Positions 1-10,305 of a stretch of 64,000 bases of DNA are shown here, in pieces. The notes beneath the pieces were generated by a model, which saw only the letters and a program-made list of their open reading frames with translations, ran no database searches and had not been told where the DNA came from. Both the position numbers and the translations under genes were made by a program. Source of the DNA: an uncultured delta proteobacterium (GTDB taxonomy: Bacteria; Myxococcota_A; Polyangia; Palsa-1104); assembly GCA_963785725.1 (NCBI GenBank), contig CAWAWS010000007.1:64001-128000 (forward strand). The letters are read 5' to 3'. Numbering within the stretch: the first letter of the stretch is position 1; every line of letters starts with the position of its first letter.

Positions 1-47
1 GCGCGGCGATCGTCGTCGAGCAGTGCCCTGTCGTGCGTCGTGTCCAT
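1..47 (-). CDS. 5' end of a gene running off the window (MDTTHDRALLDDDRR...)
   Basis: ATG at 47 on the minus strand, with a TATGCT -10-like hexamer 7 nt upstream and a LysR-type box further upstream. Too short to assign a product. Confidence 0.4.
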   Translation of the reverse strand, partial: MDTTHDRALLDDDRR

Positions 48-98
48 GACGGAAAGCATACGCAGCTCCATCAGCTTCGATCGCTGTATGAACTGATG

Positions 99-121
99 AG
101 CCATCAGAAAGACTGATGGCT
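99..121. promoter_or_regulatory. LysR-type operator (T-N11-A inverted repeat)
   Basis: AGCCATCAG-aaaga-CTGATGGCT has 9-bp arms with T104-N11-A116. A second CATCAG...CTGATG pair lies at 69-98. It sits about 55-75 bp upstream of the minus-strand ATG at 47. Confidence 0.55.
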
Positions 122-458
122 GCGCGCGTGCGAACGGCGCTGCGACGGTCGGCCTTCCGCCTGCAATGTGCCAAGTTCGCAACAAATGAGCGGCGCCGTC
201 GATCCGGAACGGGCGCGAATGACGCTAGCGGCGACGCGGTCGGCTTCGGGATCTACATCGCCGAGCGCGCCGCCGTCGCCTGGCCGTCGGTGACAACTAG
301 CAGTGAGCGCACGGGAAATGCGTCACCCGCGGAATGAGCCACCGGCGCCGCGATCGCGTTTGCAACATCGGCAGCGCCAGGAGTTGACGCTTCCGTAACC
401 GTTTTGTTGCCGAGCGCGCCACGAGACTGGGTTACAAGCCGGCCTCGGAGGAGGTTTC

Positions 459-2081
459 ATGAACGTCAGGAACTGTCTCGTCTCGGTCTTCACGCTCACG
501 TTCGGGCTCGGCAGCCTGGCGAACGCGCAGACCCAGCCCACGCCCACCGATTCGTCGCCCGGCGCCAAGGCGTCGGCTTCCGCGCCTGCGACGCCCGATG
601 CGGCGCCGGCGCCGGCTCCCGTCTACACGGCCGTTCCGCCCGCGCCCGCCCCGGGGCCGGCGATCGCGCAGCCGAAGCTGGCGCTCGAGTTCACGACGCT
701 GCGGATCATGCTGGCCAAGGGCATCATCACGCAGGGCGAGTTCGACAGCGCGATGCGTGACACCGTCGAAACCACCGGCGACGCCGGCGGCGACGCGCCC
801 ACGCTCATGCTCGGCAAGTGGTCGACGACGCTCTACGGCTTCGTCGAAGCCGATAACATCTACGACTCGACCGAGAGCTTCAACGATCAGGCGTCGAGCT
901 CGGCCGTCCAGAAGGGCACCGGCTACGCCGGCAACCACGGCCGCTTCACGATGGGCATCCGCAACTCGCGCATCGGCTTCCGCATGCGCGCGCCCGAGTA
1001 TCACGGCGTCCGCGCCAGCGCCATGCTCGAGATGGACTTCCTCGGCAACCAGGCGCAGGTCGGTTACGCGCAGGCCTATCAGATCAGCGAGAGCGCGTTC
1101 TTCACGAACCCGGCCTTCCGCGTCCGCCACATGAACTTGAAGATCGAGACGCCCATCGTCGACATCTTGTTCGGTCAGTATTGGCAGCTGTTCGGTTGGC
1201 AGTCGATCTACCACCCGAACTCGGTCGAAATTCAGGGTCTGCCCGGTCAGATCTACTCGCGCACGCCGCAAATTCGCGTGTCGAAGACGGTCAAGACGCC
1301 GGACGTCACGTTCGAAGCCGCCGTCGCCATGATGCGCGCGCCGCAGCGTGACTCGTGGTCGCCCGAAGGTCAGGGCGGTCTGCGCCTCGCGATCAACAAG
1401 TGGACGGCGGTCTCGACGGCCGGCGCCGCGGGCACGAGCATTCAGCCGCTGTCGATCGCGTTCACGGCCGACGTGCGCAAGTTCAACCTGCCGAACTTCG
1501 CGGCCAAGCCCGATCACGCGGTCGGCAAGACCGGCTGGGGCATCGCCGCCGACGGCTTCTTCCCGATCTTGAAGGGCACCAAGACGCACAAGGGCAACTC
1601 GCTGTCGCTGCAGGGCGAGTACGCGCTCGGCCAGGGCATCGCCGACCTGTACTCGAGCTTGAACGGCGGCGTGGCCAACGCGGCGCTGCCGAACCCGACG
1701 ATGGCGGCGACGCCGCCCACCTACACCGTCGATGCCGACCCGTCGCTGGTCGTGTTCAGCGCCGACGGCACCGCGCACCTCATTCAGTGGCAGTCGGTGC
1801 TCGTCGGCTTGCAGTATTACCTGCCGGGCCTCGACGGCCGCATGTGGGTCTCGAGCAACTACTCGCACACGTCTTCGGACAACGCGTTCCGTTACGCGGC
1901 GAGCGCGGCCACCGGCGCGCGCAAGCACGAAGACTTCGCCGACGCCAACCTCTTCGCCGACGTGTTGCCGTCGGTGCGGCTCGGCCTCGAGTACGCCTGG
2001 TTCCGCGACGTCTACAGCGACGCGGGCTCGACCTTCGCGGTCAACCACCGCGTCCAGCTCTCGGCGTTCTACCTCTTCTAG
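459..2081 (+). CDS. Outer-membrane beta-barrel porin (DcaP-like)
   Basis: GGAGG RBS, signal peptide, Pro/Ala linker, MLAKGIITQGEFD N-terminal helix, LYGFVEAD, SRIGF and alternating beta strands, C-terminal aromatic residue (FYLF). Confidence 0.75.
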   Translation: MNVRNCLVSVFTLTFGLGSLANAQTQPTPTDSSPGAKASASAPATPDAAPAPAPVYTAVPPAPAPGPAIAQPKLALEFTTLRIMLAKGIITQGEFDSAMRDTVETTGDAGGDAPTLMLGKWSTTLYGFVEADNIYDSTESFNDQASSSAVQKGTGYAGNHGRFTMGIRNSRIGFRMRAPEYHGVRASAMLEMDFLGNQAQVGYAQAYQISESAFFTNPAFRVRHMNLKIETPIVDILFGQYWQLFGWQSIYHPNSVEIQGLPGQIYSRTPQIRVSKTVKTPDVTFEAAVAMMRAPQRDSWSPEGQGGLRLAINKWTAVSTAGAAGTSIQPLSIAFTADVRKFNLPNFAAKPDHAVGKTGWGIAADGFFPILKGTKTHKGNSLSLQGEYALGQGIADLYSSLNGGVANAALPNPTMAATPPTYTVDADPSLVVFSADGTAHLIQWQSVLVGLQYYLPGLDGRMWVSSNYSHTSSDNAFRYAASAATGARKHEDFADANLFADVLPSVRLGLEYAWFRDVYSDAGSTFAVNHRVQLSAFYLF

Positions 2082-2103
2082 CACTTAGCTTTTCGCAGCA
2101 CTC

Positions 2104-2145
2104 GACGCCCGGCCGACCTCGTGTTGGCCGGGCGTCTTCTTTTGT
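2104..2145 (+). terminator. Rho-independent terminator
   Basis: GACGCCCGGCCGAC-ctcgt-GTTGGCCGGGCGTC 14-bp stem followed by TTCTTTTGT, just downstream of the porin stop. Confidence 0.85.
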
Positions 2146-2174
2146 ACGTAATGCGCTTATGATCGCGGCACCAC

Positions 2175-3524
2175 TTGTCGACGCCCGCGCTAGAGGTCCC
2201 ACCCGATCGCAGCGGTGGCATTCCGCCGACGCTGACGCAGCCGGGCGCCGCGCGCTTCTGGCTCGCCGTCGTCGTCACCGGCGTCGGCGCGGGCTTGGGC
2301 GCGGCGGTGTTGACGCGGCTGCTCGACGTCGTGCAGCGCGCGGTCTGGCCGGGCGCCGGCACGTTCACGGAGACTGTCGCGCGGACGTCGGCCTGGCATC
2401 ACGTCGGCGTGCTGGCCGCTGCCGGCCTCCTCACCGGCCTGGCGCAACGCCTGCTCGTGCACCTCTCGAGCGGCAACAGCATCGACATCACCGCCGCCAT
2501 CTGGTTCACGGCCGGCCGCTTGCCGAAGCTGCGCACGCTCGGCTCGGCCGTCTTGTCGGTCATCGACGTGGCGATGGGCGCGTCGCTCGGCCGCGAAGGC
2601 GCGCCCAAGCAAGCGGGCGCCGTCATCGCCGACGCGCTCGCCGATCGAGTCAGCTTGTCCGACGAGCAGCGCCGCCTGCTCGTGGCCTGCGGCTCCGGCG
2701 CCGGCATGGCGGCGGCGTACGGCGTGCCGCTCGGTGGCGCGCTGTTCGCGCTCGAGGTCTTGCGCGGCATGCTGGCGCTGCGGCTGGTGTTGCCGGCGCT
2801 GGTGGCGTCGCTCGTGGCCACGGTCGTGTCGTGGGTCGCGCTGCCCGACGCGCCGACGTACACGCTGCCGCCGTTGCCGCTGTCGCCGTCGATCGTCGTG
2901 TTCGCGCTGGTGGCCGGGCCGATCGCGGGCGTCGTGTCGGTCGGCTACGTGCGCGCCATCGCCTGGGCCTATCGGCATCGGCCGGAAGGCTGGACGCGCA
3001 TCATCTTGCCGACGCTGGTGCTGGCGGCGCTGGGCGCGACCTCGATCGTGTTCCCGCAGCTGCTCGGCAACGGCAAAGAGATCGCGCAAGCGACGTTTCT
3101 CGGACAGATGGCCCCGACCTTGATATTGGCGCTCGTGTTCCTGAAGCCGCTGGCGACCGTCGCCTGCGTGCGCTCGGGCACCCCGGGCGGGCTGTTCACG
3201 CCGTCGCTGTCGCTGGGCGCGCTCGTCGGCGCCGGGCTCGGCTACGGCTGGTCGTTCCTGTGGCCGGGCGTGCCGCCCGGCTTCTTCGCGCTCGTGGGCG
3301 CGGCGGCGCTGTTGGCGGCGACCACGCAAGGCCCGATCTCGACGGTGGTGCTGCTCATCGAGATGACCGGCCACGATCGCTCCTTCATCGTACCCGTGAT
3401 CTTGGGGGTGGTGACGGCGACGCTGACGGCGCGCACGATCGAGCCGCGCTCGATCTACGACGCCAAGCTCAGCGACGCGGAGGTCAAAGAGCGGCTGCGC
3501 AAGCGCGAGCCGCCGCCGCAATGA
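2175..3524 (+). CDS. ClC-family chloride channel / H+:Cl- antiporter
   Basis: Multiple TM helices, SLGREGAP (gating Glu), GGLFTPS, LLIEMTG and a C-terminal SIY. TTG start is uncertain. Confidence 0.85.
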   Translation: MSTPALEVPPDRSGGIPPTLTQPGAARFWLAVVVTGVGAGLGAAVLTRLLDVVQRAVWPGAGTFTETVARTSAWHHVGVLAAAGLLTGLAQRLLVHLSSGNSIDITAAIWFTAGRLPKLRTLGSAVLSVIDVAMGASLGREGAPKQAGAVIADALADRVSLSDEQRRLLVACGSGAGMAAAYGVPLGGALFALEVLRGMLALRLVLPALVASLVATVVSWVALPDAPTYTLPPLPLSPSIVVFALVAGPIAGVVSVGYVRAIAWAYRHRPEGWTRIILPTLVLAALGATSIVFPQLLGNGKEIAQATFLGQMAPTLILALVFLKPLATVACVRSGTPGGLFTPSLSLGALVGAGLGYGWSFLWPGVPPGFFALVGAAALLAATTQGPISTVVLLIEMTGHDRSFIVPVILGVVTATLTARTIEPRSIYDAKLSDAEVKERLRKREPPPQ

Positions 3525-3536
3525 CGAACGCCGCCG

Positions 3537-5222
3537 TCAGCTTTGCGGGCGCGTCGTCGTCGGAGCGCTTGACGGCGGCGGCGTGCTCGGCGGCGGCGAG
3601 ACCGCAGAACGGCGGAACTCGTCGAGCCGCGCTTTGCCGCCCGGCATGCGCTCATACTCGGGCACGAGCGACAGCGCGCGCTCTTCGGCCTGCGCCGCCT
3701 GCGCGAACTTGCCGCGCGCCGCGTGCAACTGAGCCAGCGTATCGAAACAATAGAAGCAGGTGGGATCGGCCTGCACCGCGCGCATCGCGAACGGGATGCC
3801 CAACTCTGGGTGATCCATCTGGACGCGCGCCACCTGATCCAGCTCGGTCGCCGAGCTGGCCACGCGCTCCAGCTGGTGGAAGTCGTCGTTGAGCGGCTCG
3901 AGATCTGCGGGCGACGGCTTGTGGCCGCCCTTCTGTAGCTGCGCCAGCCGGGCGACGATGAGCGCGAATCGATAGCGCGGCTCGCGTGGCGACACCTCGA
4001 GCCCATCGGACGGCAAGTCGGCGAGCGCCGCGCGCAAGAGGCCTTCGGCCTGTTCGGGCGCGCCGCCCCTGAGCGCGAACAGCGCGCGCCAATACAGCAC
4101 CTCGCGATCGTGCGGCGCCTCGATTTGGGCCGCCATGAGGTCGGCGTTGGCCGCGTCGTGATAGGGCGGCTGCCACGCGCGCAGCTGCAAGAACGTCAGA
4201 TGCACCTGCGCCTCCGACATCGGCACCGCGGCATGCACCGGTCCGGCCTCGCGCGGCGTATACACGGTGCTGGCGAACAACGTCCAGTGATCGCCGTTCG
4301 ACGACGGCGCCGACAGCTCGACCGCGTGACGCCGATATTGCCGCTCGAGCTCGTCGATCGACACGCCGGCGAACGCCTGCGCGAACGCGGCGTCGCGATG
4401 CACACCCGCCGACAAGAGCGCCATCAGCTGATCGAAGCGCGCGTGATAGGGCAGCTGCAGCGACTTCAACATGTGCACGAGCAGCCAGGCGCCTTGATAC
4501 GACAGCGGATGCTGCGGGTTGGGATCGTCTTCGATGCGCTCGTAGAACGTATCCGGCGTCGCCTCCAGCAGCGACTTCACCGTCGGCAGCTGATCGATCG
4601 TGAGCCAGCGCAGCGTCGCGTCGCGTCCGACCGGGATGCGACCGCCCGGCCGAAAGAGCATTTCGTCTTTCGGCGGCATGGCGCCGAACCAGGCGCGACC
4701 ATCGTGCAGCGCCAGCGTCGAGTTGTACTCGGCCAGCCCTTCGTTGAGCCAGGTCGGCGGATCGAGCAGCTGCAGCCGCACGAAGCGATGGGTCAGCTCG
4801 TGTTGCAGCGTCGTGCGCTTGGCCTGGTCGAAGTCGCCCGACAACACCACCGTCGGCGACGGCTCGAGGTCGTGCGTGCGCGGCGTGAAGAACGCCGATG
4901 AATTAGGCAGGCCACGCTGCTTGGCTATTTCCAGGTAATCGACGCGGCGCGCGAAGGCGACGACGTCGATGCGCTCCAGCTCGTCGGCCGGCTTGGCCAG
5001 CAGATCCTCGAACGCCGCGTCGATGCGCTCGAGCTGCTCGGCCAGCCCTTGCGCCGACCTCGCGTCGAGATCGGTGTGCACGACGAAGTGGCGCGACGTG
5101 ACCTCCGACCAAGCGGCGCCGCCTTTGGCGGGCGCGGTGAGCGGCGGGGCCAGCGACAGCTGCGCGCAACCGGCGACGGCGAGGACGAACGCGCCCGCGA
5201 GGGCCGATGACAGTGACCTCAT
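3537..5222 (-). CDS. Lipoprotein with gluzincin-like (DUF1570-type) domain and C-terminal TPRs
   Basis: Lipobox VAGC after ATG 5222, HELTH followed by WLNEGLAEY, and TPR-like helices (AQLHAARGKFAQAAQAEERALSL). Confidence 0.7.
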   Translation of the reverse strand: MRSLSSALAGAFVLAVAGCAQLSLAPPLTAPAKGGAAWSEVTSRHFVVHTDLDARSAQGLAEQLERIDAAFEDLLAKPADELERIDVVAFARRVDYLEIAKQRGLPNSSAFFTPRTHDLEPSPTVVLSGDFDQAKRTTLQHELTHRFVRLQLLDPPTWLNEGLAEYNSTLALHDGRAWFGAMPPKDEMLFRPGGRIPVGRDATLRWLTIDQLPTVKSLLEATPDTFYERIEDDPNPQHPLSYQGAWLLVHMLKSLQLPYHARFDQLMALLSAGVHRDAAFAQAFAGVSIDELERQYRRHAVELSAPSSNGDHWTLFASTVYTPREAGPVHAAVPMSEAQVHLTFLQLRAWQPPYHDAANADLMAAQIEAPHDREVLYWRALFALRGGAPEQAEGLLRAALADLPSDGLEVSPREPRYRFALIVARLAQLQKGGHKPSPADLEPLNDDFHQLERVASSATELDQVARVQMDHPELGIPFAMRAVQADPTCFYCFDTLAQLHAARGKFAQAAQAEERALSLVPEYERMPGGKARLDEFRRSAVSPPPSTPPPSSAPTTTRPQS

Positions 5223-5363
5223 GATCGCGGATGAAGCACGAGCGGCGCCGTCGGCACAAGTAGCGAAGTCACACGATTTTACCGGGGTGCGATATCTTGC
5301 GAAACCAACGGCCACGCGACGTCACTTTCGCGGAAGGCCGAACCAACCGCGCCCGAGGAGCTC

Positions 5364-7386
5364 ATGCGAAACCTGTGGCTGATAGGCGTATCAACGCTGA
5401 TGTCGACGATGGCTTTGGCGCAGCCGGCGCGACCGCGCGGCGTCGAAGTCGGCGATCTCGATCGCCAGGCCGCGCCTTGCACCGACTTCTTCCAGTTCGC
5501 CAACGGCACCTGGCGCGCCAAGAATCCGATCCCGAGCTACATGCCCAAGTGGAGCCGGCGCTGGCAGGCGGGTGAGAACAACAAAGCGGCGCTGCAGCAG
5601 ATTCTGGAGGCGGCGGCCAAGACGAAAGGCGCGCCCAAAGGCAGCGTCGAGCAGCAGATCGGCGACTTTTATGCCGCCTGCATCGACGAGCCGCGCGCCA
5701 ACGCGCTCGGGACCAAGCCGATCGCCGGCGCGCTCGCCGACATCGACGCCATGAAGTCGCGCGCCGACCTCGTGCCCATGATCTGGCGGCTGCAGAATGA
5801 CCAGATCGCGGTGCCGTTCACGTTCTACTCGAGCTCGGACAAGCACGAGCCGACGCAGGTCATCGCCAACCTCGGCGCCGGCGGCCTCGGGCTGCCCGAT
5901 CGCGATTATTACGTGAAGCCGGACGAGCGCTTCAAGGACGCGCGCCTGAAGTATCACGCGCACGTGGCCAAGATGTTCGTGCTCTTCGGCGCCGCGCCGG
6001 CGGCGGGCGAGCATGCGGCCGACGTCGTCGCGCGCGTCGAGACGGAGCTGGCCAAGAGCTCGCTCGACAACGTGGCGCTGCGCGATCCGGCGTCGACCGA
6101 TCACAAGCTTGCGTTCGCGGCGCTGCAGAAGCTGACGCCGCACCTCGATTGGCGGCCCTTCTTCGCCGGCGGTCATGTGCCGGAGATCGGCCTCAACGTC
6201 GATCAGCCGAAGTTCATGGCGACGGTCGATCATATGGTGGCGACGACGCCGCTCGACGACTGGAAGATCTACCTGCGCTGGCAGCGCATCAACAACGAGG
6301 CCCAGCTCTTGTCACGGCCGATCGTCGACGAGGACTTCGCCTTCTACGGCAAATATTTGTCGGGCGCGACCGAGCAGAAGCCGCGCGGCACGCGCTGCGC
6401 CGAGCAGGCCGACCAGCTCTTGGGCGAGGCGCTCGGCAAGAAGTACGTCGAGAAATATTTCCCGCCGGCGGCCAAGGCGCGCATGCAAGAGCTGACGACG
6501 AACGTGCTCGGCGCCATGAAGCAGACGATCGAAGGCGCGACCTGGATGACGGCGCCGACGAAGCAAAAGGCGCTGGAAAAGCTGAGCACGTTCCACGTCA
6601 AGATCGGCTATCCCGACAAGTGGAAGGACTACAGCAGCATCGACATCACGCGCGACGGCTATTGGCAGGATGCGCTGCTGGCGCGTCGCTGGGCCGTGGC
6701 CGACGATCGCGCGCTCATCGGCAAGCCCGTCGATCGCGGCCGCTGGGGGCTGACGCCGCCGACGTCGGACGCGTACTACAATCCGCAGCTGAACGAGATC
6801 GTGTTTCCGGCGGGGATTTTGCAGCCGCCGGCGTTCGATCTGGCGGCCGTCGACGCGGTCAATTACGGCGCCATCGGCGTCGTCATCGGCCACGAGGTCA
6901 GCCACGGCTTCGACGACGAAGGCGCCAAGTTCGACGCCCAAGGCCGGCTCAACAATTGGTGGACCGCCGACGACTTGAAGCAGTTCTCCGCGCGCGGTCA
7001 ATGCGTCGTCGATCAGTTCGAGAGCTACTTCATCGAGCCCAAGATTCATCATCAGGGCCGCTTGGTGCTCGGTGAATCGATCGGCGACCTGGGCGGCGTC
7101 AAGATCGCGCACCTGGCGTTCGGGCTGGCGCAAAAGACGAAGCCGGCGCCGACGATCGACGGCTTTACGCCCGAGCAGCAGTTCTTCATCGCCTGGGGCG
7201 CAGTTTCGCGGCGACGAGACGCGGGCCGAGCAGCAGCGGCTGATGGTGCAAGGCGATCCGCATCCGGTGGCGAAGTTTCGCGTCATCGGGCCCTTGTCGA
7301 ATACGCCGGCGTTTCAGCAGGCGTTCGCCTGCCCGGCCAACGCGGCGATGGTGCGGCCGGCGGCGACCCGCTGCGAAGTCTGGTAG
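5364..7386 (+). CDS. M13 family metallopeptidase (PepO/neprilysin-like), +1 frameshift near 7197
   Basis: PCTDFFQFANG, KIGYPDKW, AYYNPQLNEIVFPAGILQPP, GHEVSHGFDD, GESIGDLGG. The C-terminus (QFRGD...DPHP...CEVW) lies in the 7072..7386 frame. Confidence 0.9.
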
Positions 7387-7436
7387 CGGCCGGGTCGCGC
7401 GCAGCGTCGCGGGCGCGAAAGTGGTACAAGCGAGCG

Positions 7437-8186
7437 ATGCGGACCTTCATTACCGGTGCTTCGAGCGGCCTCGGGCGTGGCCTGGCGCTGCATTACGCGA
7501 CGGCGGGCGCGACGATCGGCCTGTGCGCGCGTCGTAAGGACATGTTGACGGAGCTGGCGGCCGAGATCACGGCGCGCGGCGCGCGGCCGATCGTCTACGC
7601 CGTCGACGTCGCCGAGACCGAAGCCATGGCCAAGAGCGCCGACGACTTCGTCGAGCAGGCGGGCGGCGTCGATCTCGTCGTCGCCAACGCCGGCATCGGC
7701 ATTCCCAACGGCGTGCTGCAGGGCAAATCGGCACCGATCGCGCAGCTCATGCGCGTCAACGTCATCGGCGTCACCAACACGATCGTGCCCTTCATCCCGG
7801 CGATGGTGGCGCAAAAGAGCGGCGAGCTCGTCGCCATCAGCTCGGTCGCCGGCCATCGCGGCATGCCCGGGCGCGCGGCCTACGGCGCGTCGAAGGCGGC
7901 GGTCATCTCGTTCATGGATGCGCTGCGCCTCGATTTGTACGGCACGGGCGTGCACGCGATGACGGTGTGCCCCGGCTTCGTGCACACGCCGATGACGGCG
8001 AAGCTGGGCAAGCTGCCGTTCGCCATCGACACCGACGAGGCGGTGACGCTGATGACGCGCGCCATCGCCAAGCAGCAGGGCACGTTTACGTTCCCGTGGC
8101 AGATGCGGCTGTTGAGCCCGGTGCTGCGCCATTCGCCGGAGTGGCTGGTGCGCAAGATCGCGCCGCCCGCGCGCCCCGAAAACTAA
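7437..8186 (+). CDS. Short-chain dehydrogenase/reductase
   Basis: ITGASSGLG, ANAG, YGASK. It appears fused to the M13 ORF in the track only because of the upstream frameshift. Confidence 0.9.
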   Translation: MRTFITGASSGLGRGLALHYATAGATIGLCARRKDMLTELAAEITARGARPIVYAVDVAETEAMAKSADDFVEQAGGVDLVVANAGIGIPNGVLQGKSAPIAQLMRVNVIGVTNTIVPFIPAMVAQKSGELVAISSVAGHRGMPGRAAYGASKAAVISFMDALRLDLYGTGVHAMTVCPGFVHTPMTAKLGKLPFAIDTDEAVTLMTRAIAKQQGTFTFPWQMRLLSPVLRHSPEWLVRKIAPPARPEN

Positions 8187-8192
8187 GCGCGA

Positions 8193-9164
8193 CTAAGCTT
8201 TGGGCGCGGTTTCGCGGGCGAGGCGCAGGTCGCGCGCTTGCAGATGCGCCCACGCCAGCTGCAAGACGGTGGCGTCGCTGCCGGCCAGGCGCGCGCGCAG
8301 CAGCATCTCGGCCACGATGTGGCCGCTCTCGATCCGCCGTCCCGACTCCAGATCGCGCAGCATCGACGCCGTCGCCGGCGAGCCTTCCGCCGTCAGCTGC
8401 GCCTTGGTCTGCTGCAGCACCTCGGGGCGCGAGGCGTGGCCGGCCGCGTTGGCCGCCGCTTCGCACTCGGCGACGGCGCGCAGCATGATGGCCTCGCCGT
8501 CGTCGGTGGCCACGATGTCGCCGATGGAGGCGCGCATGAGGCAGGTGACGGCAGCCAATGACGTCAGAAACACGTATTTCTCCCAGACGTCCTGCAAGAT
8601 GTCGTCGGAGAGGCGGCAGTCGACGGGCGTCTGCCGGAAGGCGGCGTGCAGCTGCTCGAGGCGAGCGCGCGCCGTCTGCATGTTGCCCTTGCGCGTGCCG
8701 TAGGTGATGCGCTCGATGGCGCCGAGCTGCGCGATGACGCCGTCGTCGCCGAGGCTGGCCGCCAAATAGCACAAGCCGCCCAAGACGCGATCGCGGCCGA
8801 AGCGCTGATCGAGCCGATCGAAGTGGCCGAGGCCGTTCAACAGCGGCAACACCAGCGTCTCGGGGCCGACCGCGGGCGCGATGGCCGTCATGGCCGAGTC
8901 GAGATCGTACGACTTGCACGAGAGCAGGACGAGGTCGTAACGCGCGTCGGCGGCGACGGCGACGACGCTGCGCACCGGCAGTGAGACTTCGCCGGTCGCG
9001 CGGCGGAAGACGAGGCCGCGCTCGGCCAACGCGTGCGCGCGCGACGGCCGCACCAGAAACGTGACGTCGACGTCGGTCTTGCCCGCGTTCGCCGCCTCGA
9101 CGAGCCGACCGCCGAACGCAGCTCCCGTCGCACCCGCGCCGAGCACGAGAATCTTGAGCGCCAT
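8193..9164 (-). CDS. panE: 2-dehydropantoate 2-reductase (ketopantoate reductase family)
   Basis: LGAGATG, CKSYDL, PLLNGLGH, WEKYVFL, SMLRDLESGRRIE. Confidence 0.88.
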   Translation of the reverse strand: MALKILVLGAGATGAAFGGRLVEAANAGKTDVDVTFLVRPSRAHALAERGLVFRRATGEVSLPVRSVVAVAADARYDLVLLSCKSYDLDSAMTAIAPAVGPETLVLPLLNGLGHFDRLDQRFGRDRVLGGLCYLAASLGDDGVIAQLGAIERITYGTRKGNMQTARARLEQLHAAFRQTPVDCRLSDDILQDVWEKYVFLTSLAAVTCLMRASIGDIVATDDGEAIMLRAVAECEAAANAAGHASRPEVLQQTKAQLTAEGSPATASMLRDLESGRRIESGHIVAEMLLRARLAGSDATVLQLAWAHLQARDLRLARETAPKA

Positions 9165-9241
9165 GGCCGACTACTCTACCGCATCGGGCGCGTCGCGCGT
9201 CGTTTGGCCGACGATGTTCGGCCGGTCATACTTTGCGCGCT

Positions 9242-9622
9242 ATGGTCGACTTCGCCGCGCTCGAGCGCGCCCATCGCTGGAAGCCGCTGCGCGATTGCCC
9301 CGGCCGCAGCGTGCTCGTCGACGAATTCGGCGCGCCCGCCACCCTCGTCGGCGACGGCGTGGCCGTCCATCGTTTTCACTCGGCGGCGACGCGCGATCCC
9401 GTCGACGTCGCGCTCTTCGCCGGCGGCGGCCTGTTGTCGTACGCGCGGGCGGACGGCAGCCACTTGCACACGCTCAACACGCGCGACGGCTTACGCCGTA
9501 AGCTGGCGCAGCTCGGCATCGACTTGGCTGCCGTCGGCGCGCGGGCGTGCTCGACCTGTGGCTGCAGCGGCGACGACTGCAGCGACTGCCGAGGCCGCGG
9601 CTGGCGGTTCGACGTGACCTAA
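9242..9622 (+). CDS. Hypothetical protein with C-terminal Cys-rich Zn-finger-like tail
   Basis: Plausible codon usage. C-terminal CSTCGCSGDDCSDCRGRGW. Confidence 0.6.
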   Translation: MVDFAALERAHRWKPLRDCPGRSVLVDEFGAPATLVGDGVAVHRFHSAATRDPVDVALFAGGGLLSYARADGSHLHTLNTRDGLRRKLAQLGIDLAAVGARACSTCGCSGDDCSDCRGRGWRFDVT

Positions 9623-9627
9623 ATCGC

Positions 9628-9643
9628 CGGCACGCGCACTGCA
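9628..9643 (+). promoter_or_regulatory. sigma54 (-24/-12) promoter
   Basis: CGGCACGCGCACTGCA fits GG-N10-GC and ends 13 nt upstream of ATG 9657. Confidence 0.55.
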
Positions 9644-9656
9644 GTATCGACCGGGC

Positions 9657-10268
9657 ATGGGCTCGATCCTGCGATTCGTCGGCGTCTTCGCGGTAGTTTG
9701 TAACTTCGCCAGCTACACGCGCGCCGACGAAGTCGCGCCGGCGGTCAGCGTGCCCGTCGACGCGCCGCCGCCGGTCGCGGCCGACGCGCCGCCGCCGGCT
9801 GTCGTCGCGGCGCCGGCTGTCGTCGCGCCGCCGGCCGTCGTCGCGCCGCCGCTCATCGCGCCGCGGCTGTCGCGTCCGCTGCTGCTGGCGACGGGCGAGG
9901 AGGGCGACCGCGTCGCGCGCGCCCACGCCATGCGCAACGCCGGCATCAGCGTCTTCGCCGTCGGCGTGGTCACGACCATCATCAGCCAATTCCTGCTCGG
10001 CAATTACATCGTCAAGGACAGCAACCTATGCTTCGAGACCGGCTGCCATGCGCCTCCGCAGTCGCAGCTCGACGCGGCGGCGCGGCCCTATCGCATCTCC
10101 GCCATCGCCACCGTCGTCGTCGGCAACGCCATGATCGCGACCGGCTTGACCTTGTGGTGCGTCGGCGACGGGCGCGGCCGCCGCAAAACCAACAGCGTCG
10201 GCGCGCTCAGCTTCGCGCCGTCGAGCGACGGGCACGGCGCGCAGGGCGGCGTCGTCGTCCACTTCTGA
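9657..10268 (+). CDS. Secreted/membrane hypothetical protein
   Basis: Signal peptide, PAVVA repeat linker, two hydrophobic segments, C-terminal GGVVVHF. Confidence 0.65.
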   Translation: MGSILRFVGVFAVVCNFASYTRADEVAPAVSVPVDAPPPVAADAPPPAVVAAPAVVAPPAVVAPPLIAPRLSRPLLLATGEEGDRVARAHAMRNAGISVFAVGVVTTIISQFLLGNYIVKDSNLCFETGCHAPPQSQLDAAARPYRISAIATVVVGNAMIATGLTLWCVGDGRGRRKTNSVGALSFAPSSDGHGAQGGVVVHF

Positions 10269-10305
10269 ACGTCCGTTTTCCGTCGGCTTTCGTCGTTCCC
10301 GCCGG

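Noticed and set aside
48..71. Minus-strand ATG GAG CTG CGT (MELR), like a LysR N-terminus
   Set aside because: The following residues do not continue an HTH pattern. It is more likely promoter sequence.
290..450. Possible riboswitch in the porin leader (GTAACC/GGTTAC inverted pair, small hairpins)
   Set aside because: No recognisable aptamer consensus. An Rfam search would be needed.
2175..3524. Fluoride-specific CLC-F exporter or fluoride riboswitch
   Set aside because: Lacks the GNNLI/GREGT/GEVTP signatures, and no riboswitch consensus was recognised upstream.
5364..8186. Apparent 940-aa M13 peptidase-SDR fusion
   Set aside because: Caused by a +1 frameshift near 7197. The true peptidase C-terminus ends at 7386 and the SDR has its own ATG at 7437.
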